Notes: generated from the sequence alone by a model not told the origin. A stretch of 49,573 bases of DNA from an uncultured bacterium (GCA_963747905.1 CAVVHF010000025.1:1-49573), one strand, 5' to 3'. Shown: positions 33,774 through 42,962, numbered from the stretch's first letter. Program-made: numbers and translations.

Positions 33774-34091
33774 ATATTTTTTGAAAGTAACCAATGTTGC
33801 GATAGCCTTATTATGATCAGTAATGATCATAAACTCGATGGCTTGGGACTTCGCAAGAAGTCCTCTTTGCAATATTAAGGGGTCATCTCCTTTTCCCAAC
33901 AAATAAAATCTTTAATTTTCTGAATGTCAAAAATAAGTAATCCCTTTCGGCAATACGATTGGGGAATTTTTTCGCTAGGCAAATGTTTTGGATGTGGCGC
34001 GTATGACCCCGCTCACCATCCTTGTGGCTGAGAGCAACCCGAAAGATAAAGGCACCGTCGTCGGACTTATTTTAACGCTCGTGTCGAAAAG

Positions 34092-35030
34092 CTAACTTAT
34101 CGCCTCGCGGATTCCTTTCCCGAACTCCATTTTTGGCTTCCAGCCCAGTATCTTTCGCGCGCGGCGCGCGTCGAGGCTGATGCGGTATATTTCTCCGGCT
34201 CGATATGGCGCATAGATCGGTTTTCCCATAAAATCCATTGCGCCTGCGATTGCCTCAAACATCTGCTTGTCGGTAACGATGGTGCCGGCTCCGATATTTA
34301 CCGTGGTGTTCTTTCCGTGCCGGAGCGCGGCAAGGTTCGCCGCCGCCACATCGCCGACGTAAACGTAATCGCGCGCCTTGGTGCCGTCACCGAAGATGGT
34401 GGGTCGATGCCCGGCGCGCATGAGCTCGCTGAAGATCGCCACGATGCCGGCCTCGCCGTGAGGGTTCTGCCGCGGGCCGAACACATTTGCATAACGGAAT
34501 ATAAAATAATCAAAGTCGAACTGTTTTGCATAAAATTTTATCGTTTCCTCGGCGAGCTGCTTAGATAAGGCGTATGGTGACAGGGGATTTTCGGGCGTGC
34601 TCTCGTCCACGGGGATACGCTTGGGGTCGCCGTACATCGCGCCGCCCGTGGAGGCAAAAATAAATTTCTTGCCCATTGCGCCGCCTTTTGTCTTTTTATT
34701 GCCGCGGCCGTGATGTCCGAACGCCAACGATAAGTTTACGGTGCCGAGCACGTTCGTGGTGAGCGTGGGGATTGGGTCGCGCATCGAGCGTACTACTTCC
34801 GCGATCGCCGCATGGTGGTTTACGACTTCCGGTTTTTCTTTGGCAAATATTTTTTCCATCAGCGCAAGGTTCGTGATGTCCGTCTTATAGAACGCTGCCT
34901 TCGGGTTGATATTTTTACGGAGGCCTTTTGAAAGATTATCGATTACCACCACGCGGTGGCCCGCTTTTATGTAGGCATCCGTGATGTGCGATGCGATGAA
35001 CCCTGCCCCGCCGGTCACAACGATCTTCAT
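34092..35030 (-). CDS. NAD-dependent epimerase/dehydratase (UDP-hexose 4-epimerase-like SDR)
   Basis: MKIVVTGGAGFIASH (GxxGxxG) and SPYALSKQLAEE (YxxxK). ORF trimmed to ATG 35030, whose ATGA overlaps the upstream stop. Confidence 0.85.
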   Translation of the reverse strand: MKIVVTGGAGFIASHITDAYIKAGHRVVVIDNLSKGLRKNINPKAAFYKTDITNLALMEKIFAKEKPEVVNHHAAIAEVVRSMRDPIPTLTTNVLGTVNLSLAFGHHGRGNKKTKGGAMGKKFIFASTGGAMYGDPKRIPVDESTPENPLSPYALSKQLAEETIKFYAKQFDFDYFIFRYANVFGPRQNPHGEAGIVAIFSELMRAGHRPTIFGDGTKARDYVYVGDVAAANLAALRHGKNTTVNIGAGTIVTDKQMFEAIAGAMDFMGKPIYAPYRAGEIYRISLDARRARKILGWKPKMEFGKGIREAIS

Positions 35031-36370
35031 TCTGGATTCACAAAAATAGATTTGATTGTCTTCAAGATGATCGCCCAATCGAGGATCGGCGAACGGTTCT
35101 TTAAATAGTAGATGTCGTACTGCAGTTTTTCGATGACGTCCGCGTCGGTGATGTCCGCGCGGTGGTTGATCTGCGCCCATCCGGTGACGCCGGGCTTGAT
35201 GAAGAGTCGTGCCTCGTAGTACGGGATTCGCGCCGCGAGCTTTGTCACGAACTCCGGTCGCTCCGGGCGCGGTCCGACGAACGAGAGGTCGCCGCGGACG
35301 ACGTTCCAGAGCTGGGGCAGTTCGTCGAGGTGCGACGCGCGGAGCAGGCCGCCGATCGGCGTCGTGCGGGCATCATTCTTTGAGGCCCACTGTGCGCCAT
35401 CCTTCTCCGCATCCACGCGCATGGTGCGGAACTTGTAGAGTGTGAAATTCTTTCCTTTTTCTCCCACGCGTATCTGCTTATAGATGATCGGGCCGCGCGA
35501 GGTGACCGCGACGAGGAGCGCGATGACGATCTCGAATGGGAGAAGAACGATGCCGAGCACGAGCGCGCCGATGAATTCCGAGGCGCGCTTAAGAGGGTCA
35601 TAGAAGCTCACGGCCTGCGCGATATTCTCAAGGAACCACGTTTCCTGCACTTCCGCGATGGGAACTTTACGCATGATCAGTTCATAAAAACTGATAAGGT
35701 CAGTTACGACGATGCCGCTTGCAAAGAGCTCGTACAGTACCGCCACGAGCGCGGGTTCGTGTTTGAGCTTGCCCGAAATGACAATGAGGTTGATGCTTTC
35801 ACGCGTGGCGATTTTTTTTATTTCTTGCGGCGCGCCGTATGCAGTCTTTTCATCCAACTCCGCCTTGATGGCGTAGCCGAGCTGGGGATTCTCAGCGATG
35901 GTTTTCAGTATCTCGGCCGTGATCGCTCCATCACCAATCACAAGCATTTTATTCGGCGCGCCGCCGAATGCCATCATGCGGTTCAAGAATCGCCGCCAGA
36001 ACACCTCGATGATGGCAAAGACGACGATGAAGATCAGGAGGGTGGTCTTTGGCGCGATGCCGAACGCGGGGATCAAATAAAAGAGCAGCACCGCGATCGC
36101 GGCGTTTACGCCGATACACAAGAAGAGCGTTTTGACGAAGTCGATATTATTGCGTAGGCGGCGCAGATCATAGAGCCCGGCGATGTAGAAGACGATGATC
36201 CACAAGATGAAAATAATGGTAAACGCGAACACTTGGGCGTTTAGGAGCTGCGTGTAAAAATTGCCGCCATAGCGGATGAGTAATGCAATGAAAAGCCCGG
36301 CGTAGAGCGCCGCTATGTCGGCCACGAAAAAGAGGAAGACCTTCAATTTATTCCCAAAGCCAAGATCCAT
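35027..36370 (-). CDS. Polyprenyl-phosphate glycosylphosphotransferase (bacterial sugar transferase, WbaP/EpsB-like initiating enzyme)
   Basis: N-terminal TM bundle plus the C-terminal domain GPIIYKQIRVGEKGKNFTLYKFRTM...DELPQLWNVVRGDLSFVGPRP...KPGVTGWAQI. Trimmed to ATG 36370. Confidence 0.88.
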   Translation of the reverse strand: MDLGFGNKLKVFLFFVADIAALYAGLFIALLIRYGGNFYTQLLNAQVFAFTIIFILWIIVFYIAGLYDLRRLRNNIDFVKTLFLCIGVNAAIAVLLFYLIPAFGIAPKTTLLIFIVVFAIIEVFWRRFLNRMMAFGGAPNKMLVIGDGAITAEILKTIAENPQLGYAIKAELDEKTAYGAPQEIKKIATRESINLIVISGKLKHEPALVAVLYELFASGIVVTDLISFYELIMRKVPIAEVQETWFLENIAQAVSFYDPLKRASEFIGALVLGIVLLPFEIVIALLVAVTSRGPIIYKQIRVGEKGKNFTLYKFRTMRVDAEKDGAQWASKNDARTTPIGGLLRASHLDELPQLWNVVRGDLSFVGPRPERPEFVTKLAARIPYYEARLFIKPGVTGWAQINHRADITDADVIEKLQYDIYYLKNRSPILDWAIILKTIKSIFVNPE

Positions 36371-36380
36371 AACGTCTTTA

Positions 36381-37256
36381 TTATAAGCGGAAGCGGGAGA
36401 ATGCGTAAATGAGACCCTCGATAATGGCAAAAGCGAGGATGATGGTGCCGAGCGCGATGGCCCATTCCTTCGTCCGGTGTTCCGGCTGATACATGGTCTG
36501 CTTATTGTCAAAGCGCACTTCGGTGGAGGTCATGGTAAAGGGCTTATGAAAGAGCGTTACCCAGAAATAGTTCATCGCGTAGCGCCAGCCCATAGTAAAA
36601 GTGCCCTCCTTGGCGAGCCGTCGACCGGAGGAGCGAAGGGCGAATGCGAATGACCAGCGCACTTTACCCACCGCGCGGAGTCGGCGCGCGAGGTCCGCGT
36701 CGTCGCCGTAAAACGTGAGATCCACGTTGTGTCCGCCAATCTTTGCGAGGGCGTCGCGGCGCACAATCTCCGTACCTCCTTGGACCATCGACGTGTCGTG
36801 GAGGATAAAATTGTTCACGAGGTAGACGAGATAGGTCCCGACATAGAACATCTGCACAAGCACCCGCGCCGCGAACGGCAGATCGTAATAGATGAACGGG
36901 CCTGAGAGACAGACGAGGCGTTGGTCTTTTGCGAACGCGCGCTCGGCGCGGTCGATCCACCCCGCTGTCAGCTCTGTGTCTGCATCCAGAAATGCCACTA
37001 GGTTTCCCTTGGAAGCCATGAATCCCGCCTCGCGCGCGCGGTTGGCGCCGCGCCGCGGCTCGTGGATGAGCGCTACGTCGGGATACTCGCGTGCGACGAT
37101 CTCGCAGGTTTTATCGTTCGAATTATTATCCACGACGATGATCTCGTACCTGTCGCGGCCGGCGATGTCATGGATTATCGCATCAAGGGAGTGCCGGATA
37201 TAACTCTCTTCGTTGTAGGCGGGGATGACAAAACTGATCTTGATCGTGCCGTTCAT
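36381..37256 (-). CDS. Glycosyltransferase family 2 with C-terminal TM helix (paralog B)
   Basis: ISFVIPAYNEESYI...EIIVVDNNSNDKT...FLDADT...LVCLSGPFIYYDLP, with a C-terminal WAIALGTIILAFAIIEGLIYAF. About 40-45% identical by eye to the GT2 at 37796..38512. Confidence 0.82.
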   Translation of the reverse strand: MNGTIKISFVIPAYNEESYIRHSLDAIIHDIAGRDRYEIIVVDNNSNDKTCEIVAREYPDVALIHEPRRGANRAREAGFMASKGNLVAFLDADTELTAGWIDRAERAFAKDQRLVCLSGPFIYYDLPFAARVLVQMFYVGTYLVYLVNNFILHDTSMVQGGTEIVRRDALAKIGGHNVDLTFYGDDADLARRLRAVGKVRWSFAFALRSSGRRLAKEGTFTMGWRYAMNYFWVTLFHKPFTMTSTEVRFDNKQTMYQPEHRTKEWAIALGTIILAFAIIEGLIYAFSRFRL

Positions 37257-37786
37257 GCCGTGCCGAGAGTGTCTTGATAAAGCGGGTTGATGATGATGAC
37301 ATACACGCTTGCGCATACAAAGATACCGGTCCACACAATCGTCGATTGCCATGGGTAGCCCATGAACATCCCCGCGAGCGCGAGCGCGGAGATAAGCGCG
37401 CCGAGTGCGTCAATTTTCACCTTACGGAAAAGCGCGCGTGAATTTTTGACGGAGGGAAGATCGCCCGCATATTTGAGCACGGCAAGGATGAAGAGTACGA
37501 TCATCGCGATGGTGAACAAGAATGGATTACTGAAGAAAAAGACCGAGATAAAATGGAGAATGACAAGGATGATGTCGATGAACACCTGGGAAGTTTTCCC
37601 CGGCGGGATAATCGTAGAAAAATGTTTTATGGAATAATAATCGTTCCACACGAGCATCGCGTAGAAGAGCATCGGCGGCCACGCGAGAATAATGTTGTGC
37701 CGCGCGATGATCGCGCCGATCGCGCCAAAAAGCACAAAAATCGATGTTGCGATAATAGCTCTTTCTTTTGGGGACGGAGTGGCCAT
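37253..37786 (-). CDS. Hypothetical 6-TM integral membrane protein (177 aa)
   Basis: Six hydrophobic segments. It is translationally coupled (ATGA overlap) to the downstream GT2. No family recognised. Confidence 0.55.
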   Translation of the reverse strand: MATPSPKERAIIATSIFVLFGAIGAIIARHNIILAWPPMLFYAMLVWNDYYSIKHFSTIIPPGKTSQVFIDIILVILHFISVFFFSNPFLFTIAMIVLFILAVLKYAGDLPSVKNSRALFRKVKIDALGALISALALAGMFMGYPWQSTIVWTGIFVCASVYVIIINPLYQDTLGTA

Positions 37787-37795
37787 AAATAGTAT

Positions 37796-38512
37796 TTAGC
37801 GAATTTCGGTGTATTCCTTTTTCGTTGGTGTTTTATGGAAGAATGCCATCGATAGATAGCTGATCCCATAGAGAGAGAATGTTCTTATCAGTCCTTCATG
37901 GATAAGCCGTCGCCCGGAGCCGAGGATGTGAAAGCTCATGAGGAATTTTACTTTGCCAACCTTGCTGAGTCGCCAGGCCAGGCTGGTATCGTCACCGTAG
38001 AAGGCAATCGTGGTGTCGAGGCCGCCGATCTGTGCGAGTGCCTCCTGTTTCACCACACAATTCGCAAAGAGCGCCATGAATCCGGTAAGCCAATAGATGG
38101 GCGTTGCGGTGATACCCCATAATAGTTCCGCAAGGAGCTTTTGGAAAGGGGGGAGATCGTAATAGCGGAATGGGCCGGAGAGGCACACGAGCTTAGGGTC
38201 TCGCGCAAATTCCTTTTTGATCTTGTCGATCCATCCGGCGGGGATCCGCGTATCGGCATCAATGAAGGCGATATAGTCGCCCGTTGCTTCCATAAATCCC
38301 CGTTGCCGCGCGTGCGAAGGTCCCTTTTTAGATTCATGGAGTACGGCGACTCCACGATACTTCTTTGCCGTGGCCATGGTCCCGTCGGTCGATTCGTTGT
38401 CGACGACGATGATCTCAAAAATATCTTCGCTATGCTGTTCCTGCACGCTTTGAATACAGGGACCGATATAATGCTCTTCATTGTAGGCCGGTATCACGAT
38501 GCTGATCTTCAT
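37796..38512 (-). CDS. Glycosyltransferase family 2 (paralog A)
   Basis: MKISIVIPAYNEEHYI...EIIVVDNESTDGT...FIDADT...LVCLSGPFRYYDLP. Confidence 0.85.
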   Translation of the reverse strand: MKISIVIPAYNEEHYIGPCIQSVQEQHSEDIFEIIVVDNESTDGTMATAKKYRGVAVLHESKKGPSHARQRGFMEATGDYIAFIDADTRIPAGWIDKIKKEFARDPKLVCLSGPFRYYDLPPFQKLLAELLWGITATPIYWLTGFMALFANCVVKQEALAQIGGLDTTIAFYGDDTSLAWRLSKVGKVKFLMSFHILGSGRRLIHEGLIRTFSLYGISYLSMAFFHKTPTKKEYTEIR

Positions 38513-39711
38513 CGGAAGTGTTTTTCTTTATTATAGTCGCTTATGGTCTTCTCATATATTCCTTCCCATTCTTTCGCAATCTGCGCTTCGGAAAAATTCT
38601 CCGCGTATATCCGCGCTCCCGCACCCAATTTTTTTGCAACGGCAGGATGGGTAAAAAGATAGACAGCCTTTTCCGCCACCGCTGCTTCGTTGTTCGGCTC
38701 CACCACGTAGCCGTTTTTGGCGTTGATATATTCTGGCAGGCCGCGCGCATTAACACCGATCACTGGCAGGCCCGCCGCCATCGCTTGCATCATCACGAGG
38801 CTTTGCGTGTCATCGGTGCTTGTGATGCCGAATATATCCGCGGCATTGTACGCCTCGCACAATGTGGGATGGTCCACGAAGCCGATGAATTTAACGGAAT
38901 CCTCAATATGCAAGGATCGCGCGAGTGCGTGCAGATCCGGCTCCATCGTGCCTTTCCCGGCGAACACGAGCATCGCATCGGGCACCGCTTTCTTTATAAT
39001 GGGCAACGCTTTAAGCAAAACCTCGGGATGTCGTTCTATGGAGAGGCGCCCGGCATGGATGATGGTCGCGTCGGTAAAGCCGAATTTTTTCTTGAGCGCT
39101 GCCGCTTTCGTCACAGGATGGAACACGTTAATGTCGACAGGGTTGGAAATGACCTTGGTGTGATCCTGTTTGAACCCGAGTACGCGCATCTCGTCAAACA
39201 CGCATTGTGACGGGGCGGTCATGAAATCGCAATGTTCGTAATACCAATTTACGTAATCAAGGAAGAGCCTATCGAACCATTTCGCCTTGACGGGGCTGTA
39301 GCGGAGAAATTCCTTCACTGCGGTATGCTGTGTCCCCACGAGCGGCTTTTTGAGCCGCCATGAGGCGAGCATGGCTTCCAGCCCGACGCCAAAGAACATC
39401 TGCGTATGGATGACGTCGGGGTTGAATGCAGCAATCTCTCCGCCGTGCATCCCGAGCGGTATCACCGCCCTGCCCTGTTCCGTTCCCATCGGGAACGGGA
39501 TCGAAAAAAGCCGATGGATCTGTATGTTCGGACCGAGGTCAAGCTCGCGAAATGGCGCTTTGATGGCGGCGTAGTTCTTTGCACTGTAATACGGCGTATA
39601 AAAATGAATGACGTGCCCGCGTGCGGCGAGTGTTTTGGCAAGTGAGATCACCGAGTCCGAGATTCCGGAAAGCTCGGGATAAAAGTTGTCCGAGAATATT
39701 GCGATGCGCAT
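38509..39711 (-). CDS. Glycosyltransferase family 4
   Basis: MRIAIFSDNFYPELSGISDSV...ITSTDDTQSLVMMQAMAAGLPVIGVNARGLPE. Its stop overlaps the next start. Confidence 0.85.
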   Translation of the reverse strand: MRIAIFSDNFYPELSGISDSVISLAKTLAARGHVIHFYTPYYSAKNYAAIKAPFRELDLGPNIQIHRLFSIPFPMGTEQGRAVIPLGMHGGEIAAFNPDVIHTQMFFGVGLEAMLASWRLKKPLVGTQHTAVKEFLRYSPVKAKWFDRLFLDYVNWYYEHCDFMTAPSQCVFDEMRVLGFKQDHTKVISNPVDINVFHPVTKAAALKKKFGFTDATIIHAGRLSIERHPEVLLKALPIIKKAVPDAMLVFAGKGTMEPDLHALARSLHIEDSVKFIGFVDHPTLCEAYNAADIFGITSTDDTQSLVMMQAMAAGLPVIGVNARGLPEYINAKNGYVVEPNNEAAVAEKAVYLFTHPAVAKKLGAGARIYAENFSEAQIAKEWEGIYEKTISDYNKEKHFR

Positions 39712-39712
39712 G

Positions 39713-40375
39713 TTATTCGGTTTCGATCTTTTTTCCGAGCCGCGCGAAATATTTCCGCTGGAAGTACGCGATGGCGATCACGATAACAGCCGCCGCGATG
39801 GCGACGTATATGCCGAGATTGAGATAGTGTTCGATTGTGTTGTACGCCGCGCCGAAGTAGTAGCCGATGATCAAATATAAAAGGGATGAAGGGATGATGA
39901 TGGCAATGGACCAAAATGCGTATTTTTTGATGTCCATCTTTGTGGCACCGACGAGGATAAGTCCGGGCGTCGCGAGGAATGGCACCATCTTTATCATAAA
40001 GAGCGATTTTCCGGAATGTTGCTCCGCTAGTTTTTCTGTTGTGGCGATACGCTCCGGCGTGATGCCAAAATAGTGGCCATATTTATCAAGAAATCTTTCC
40101 CTTCCCCAATAGCCGATCGCATAGTAGACGAGGTCGGGAATAAAGTTCGCGAGGATGGAAAGCAAGAGTACGATCCACACATTCATATAATGGAGCGCTG
40201 CCGCAAACGCTCCGGCCGCAGTGACCACCGGGCCTTCGATCAGCATCACGATAAAAAGCAGCGGATAGCCATGCTGGAGTACCCACTGGACGGTTGCTTG
40301 GAATCCCAAATTGAGGATCGACGCCATATTATCTATTTTACCTTTTTTGTGCGATTTTTGCTGGTATTCGCTCAT
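39713..40375 (-). CDS. dedA: DedA-family (VTT/SNARE-associated domain) membrane protein
   Basis: YPLLFIVMLIEGPVVTAAGAFAA...ANFIPDLVYYAIGYWGRERFLDKYG is typical of DedA. It is the first gene of the minus-strand glycan operon. Confidence 0.82.
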   Translation of the reverse strand: MSEYQQKSHKKGKIDNMASILNLGFQATVQWVLQHGYPLLFIVMLIEGPVVTAAGAFAAALHYMNVWIVLLLSILANFIPDLVYYAIGYWGRERFLDKYGHYFGITPERIATTEKLAEQHSGKSLFMIKMVPFLATPGLILVGATKMDIKKYAFWSIAIIIPSSLLYLIIGYYFGAAYNTIEHYLNLGIYVAIAAAVIVIAIAYFQRKYFARLGKKIETE

Positions 40376-40422
40376 TTGCCGGCTTATTACCCGCGGGGTA
40401 TTATCAAGACAATATCAAAGAT

Positions 40423-41430
40423 ATGGAAAAATTTGATTCCCCGGAAAAAGCTCAGCATTTCTCGTTTGATGAGCAGTTTAAAAATTTGGAGGAGGTGTGG
40501 CTTCCGGGAGGCACCGCCGAGGTTGGCGATTTTACGCCGGAAAATTTAAAGGACGAAGTGCCGATTTTTCTCGCGCAGGCGTGGGGATTAGGATTGGAAT
40601 CTTATAAGCTCGCCATGGAACAATTGTTCAATGATGAACGTCGCGTTCTCTCCATCGCTCATCCGCGTATCGGCGGCAGTATTAATTCAAGTATGAATGT
40701 AAAAGAGCTTTCCGAAAAATATCCAACTGCGGAACTGCGCAAAGCGTTGAATATTCTGGAAGTTTTGGAAGAAAAGGGGATTAAAAAAGTCGACGCAATT
40801 GCACATTCCGAGGGCGCCATTAATATCGCGATCGCCGCGATGATGTATCCCGAAAAATTTCGGAGTATTGCGTTCTTTGGGCCAGCGGGGATGATGGAAG
40901 ACGAAAGCTGGCCACGCCTTGCTAAGGGGTTCGCCGGGCAGCGTGACCGCGCCGAATCATTAAAGGACGTTCCCATCACTGAGGGGGAGCGCGCGGTGGG
41001 GGCGGCGTCAGGGAGGGAAGTTTTAAATTATTTTTTAAAAAATCCTACGCGTGCGATGAGTGAAGTTGCAGCGATGAAGAGCGGGCATCAACAGGTAAAA
41101 GATCTTCTGCCATATTTACATGATCTTGGTATTCATATTGCGGTGATGAGCGCGGAAAGCGATCCGGTGTTCCCGCAGGCGGAAGTTCGGAAGGCGGCAG
41201 ATATGGACGCCGTTGATACATTTATCTCGGTGCGCGGTGGACACGGAACGATCGGCGAACATCCTGAACTGGTGATGCCGAGCATTGAAGCGGCATTTGA
41301 GGCGTTCGCGAAAGAAGGGAGAACTCCCGAACAAGAGCAGATGCTTGCCGATCGCGAATATCAAAGTGGCGTGCGTTATATTCCGGGCGAAGGCCTGGTG
41401 ATCGCTCCGTATGTAAAGAGGGGTGAATAG
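40423..41430 (+). CDS. Alpha/beta-fold hydrolase
   Basis: Nucleophile elbow VDAIAHSEGAINIA (GxSxG-like AHSEG), with a later Asp/His region SAESDPVF...RGGHGT. Confidence 0.65.
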   Translation: MEKFDSPEKAQHFSFDEQFKNLEEVWLPGGTAEVGDFTPENLKDEVPIFLAQAWGLGLESYKLAMEQLFNDERRVLSIAHPRIGGSINSSMNVKELSEKYPTAELRKALNILEVLEEKGIKKVDAIAHSEGAINIAIAAMMYPEKFRSIAFFGPAGMMEDESWPRLAKGFAGQRDRAESLKDVPITEGERAVGAASGREVLNYFLKNPTRAMSEVAAMKSGHQQVKDLLPYLHDLGIHIAVMSAESDPVFPQAEVRKAADMDAVDTFISVRGGHGTIGEHPELVMPSIEAAFEAFAKEGRTPEQEQMLADREYQSGVRYIPGEGLVIAPYVKRGE

Positions 41431-41436
41431 TTTTTC

Positions 41437-41445
41437 TGTTATACT
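41437..41445 (+). promoter_or_regulatory. Extended -10 box TGTTATACT 6 nt upstream of ATG 41452 (leaderless-type)
   Basis: TGTTATACT-GCATAG-ATG. Confidence 0.5.
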
Positions 41446-41451
41446 GCATAG

Positions 41452-42102
41452 ATGCTCGCGGTCTTCAAAGAACATAAAGGATTTTGGACGCCGTCACGGG
41501 CGCGCTCGATGTGTTTCGGGGTTCTCTTGCTTATATTGAGCGTTATCATCCAAATCGTGTTGGGCCGTTTTTCTTCACGCGTCGCCATCGGTGCGCCAGC
41601 AGTGCGGGATATTTTCCTGGACAATCTGCCGCTCGTGAACCTCAGCCCCATCATTGTGGGCGGCGCGATCGTGCTGTGGGTATTCGCGTTGGTGCTTTTA
41701 ATCGTCCATCCGCGCTATCTTATCTTCAGCGCTAAGGCGATTGCGCTCTATATCATTTCCCGCGCATTCTTTTTTAGCCTTACGCATCTCGGCCCGTATC
41801 CGCTGCACTATTCTCCGAGCGTGCACAACGACGGATACGGCCTGTATCATCTCGTCACGTTTCAAGGCAATTTTTTCTATTCAGGACATACCGCGTTCCC
41901 GTTCCTCCTGGCGCTGATCTTCTGGGATAATAAATATTTGCGGTATCTCTTTCTTATTCTGACCGTATTCTTTGGGGCGAGCGTGCTTTTGGCGCATGTG
42001 CACTATTCCATTGACGTGTTTGCCGCGCCGTTCATTGTGTACGGTATGTATGTCATTACCGCCAAGCTTTTCCCACGCGATTACGCATTGTTTGCCTCTT
42101 GA
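41452..42102 (+). CDS. PAP2-superfamily (PAP2_C / sphingomyelin-synthase-like) membrane phosphatase-related protein
   Basis: A polytopic protein with FYSGHTAFPF (SGH motif) and LAHVHYSIDVFAAP (HxxxD motif). Confidence 0.62.
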   Translation: MLAVFKEHKGFWTPSRARSMCFGVLLLILSVIIQIVLGRFSSRVAIGAPAVRDIFLDNLPLVNLSPIIVGGAIVLWVFALVLLIVHPRYLIFSAKAIALYIISRAFFFSLTHLGPYPLHYSPSVHNDGYGLYHLVTFQGNFFYSGHTAFPFLLALIFWDNKYLRYLFLILTVFFGASVLLAHVHYSIDVFAAPFIVYGMYVITAKLFPRDYALFAS

Positions 42103-42149
42103 TACACCGCCGCACGCGCGGTATCATTAAAAAAACATAAATAAAAACC

Positions 42150-42962
42150 ATGAACGAAAAGGATAAAGTACCTGCCGAAGAGATCGATCTCAATGTTGGA
42201 GAAGTCGATGTTGTCGTTTCTAAGAATAGCCAAAAAAAGGACATGTTTTTGCCGGTCAGCATTCTTATCGCCGCAGTGATGGTGGGCGGCGCGATCGTTT
42301 TCGCGACGTTATATAAAGGCGCCCCCGCGGTCCCGGCGGGCGGCGCGGGCGGGAACGGTAATGTTGTCGAGGCGACCTCCACAACCGCCAACCCGGCGAC
42401 GGCGATGACACTTGGTCCGCGCGACGCGATCCTCGGCAACGCGAATGCCCCGGTGACGCTCATCGAATACGGCGATTACCAGTGCCCGTATTGCGTGCAG
42501 TTCTTTAGCCAGACCCAGCCGCAGATCGTCCAAAATTATGTGAACACGGGCAAGGTGCGGGTGGTGTTCCGCGATTTCGCGTTTCTCGGTGCTGAGTCCA
42601 CTGCTGCCGCTGAGGCCGCGCAATGCGCGGAGGATCAGGGCAAACTGTGGGCGTATCACGATGCGCTCTATAGTGCTAAGTTGACAGATGACAATAATGG
42701 CGGCAATGAGGACGACGGATTCTATGCCACCGCGGAGTTCTTAAAGCTTGCCCAGCAGGTGGGGCTCAATATCCCGACGTTCACGAGTTGCATTAATAAC
42801 AACACCGACGCGAACATCGTCGCGCAAGAGAAAGGTGCGGCCGCGAACGCCGGCGTCGATTCCACGCCATCGTTCATTATCAACGGGCAGATGCTCACTC
42901 CGCCAGGCGCGCAGCCGTACTCGATTTTCCAACAGGCTTTGGACGCGGCATTGAAAGGATAA
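42150..42962 (+). CDS. Membrane-anchored DsbA-like thiol:disulfide oxidoreductase (second paralog)
   Basis: TM helix, Gly/Ala-rich linker, then IEYGDYQCPYCVQFF (CPYC). The architecture matches the gene at 6380..7138. ATAAAT lies 7 nt upstream of the ATG. Confidence 0.8.
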   Translation: MNEKDKVPAEEIDLNVGEVDVVVSKNSQKKDMFLPVSILIAAVMVGGAIVFATLYKGAPAVPAGGAGGNGNVVEATSTTANPATAMTLGPRDAILGNANAPVTLIEYGDYQCPYCVQFFSQTQPQIVQNYVNTGKVRVVFRDFAFLGAESTAAAEAAQCAEDQGKLWAYHDALYSAKLTDDNNGGNEDDGFYATAEFLKLAQQVGLNIPTFTSCINNNTDANIVAQEKGAAANAGVDSTPSFIINGQMLTPPGAQPYSIFQQALDAALKG

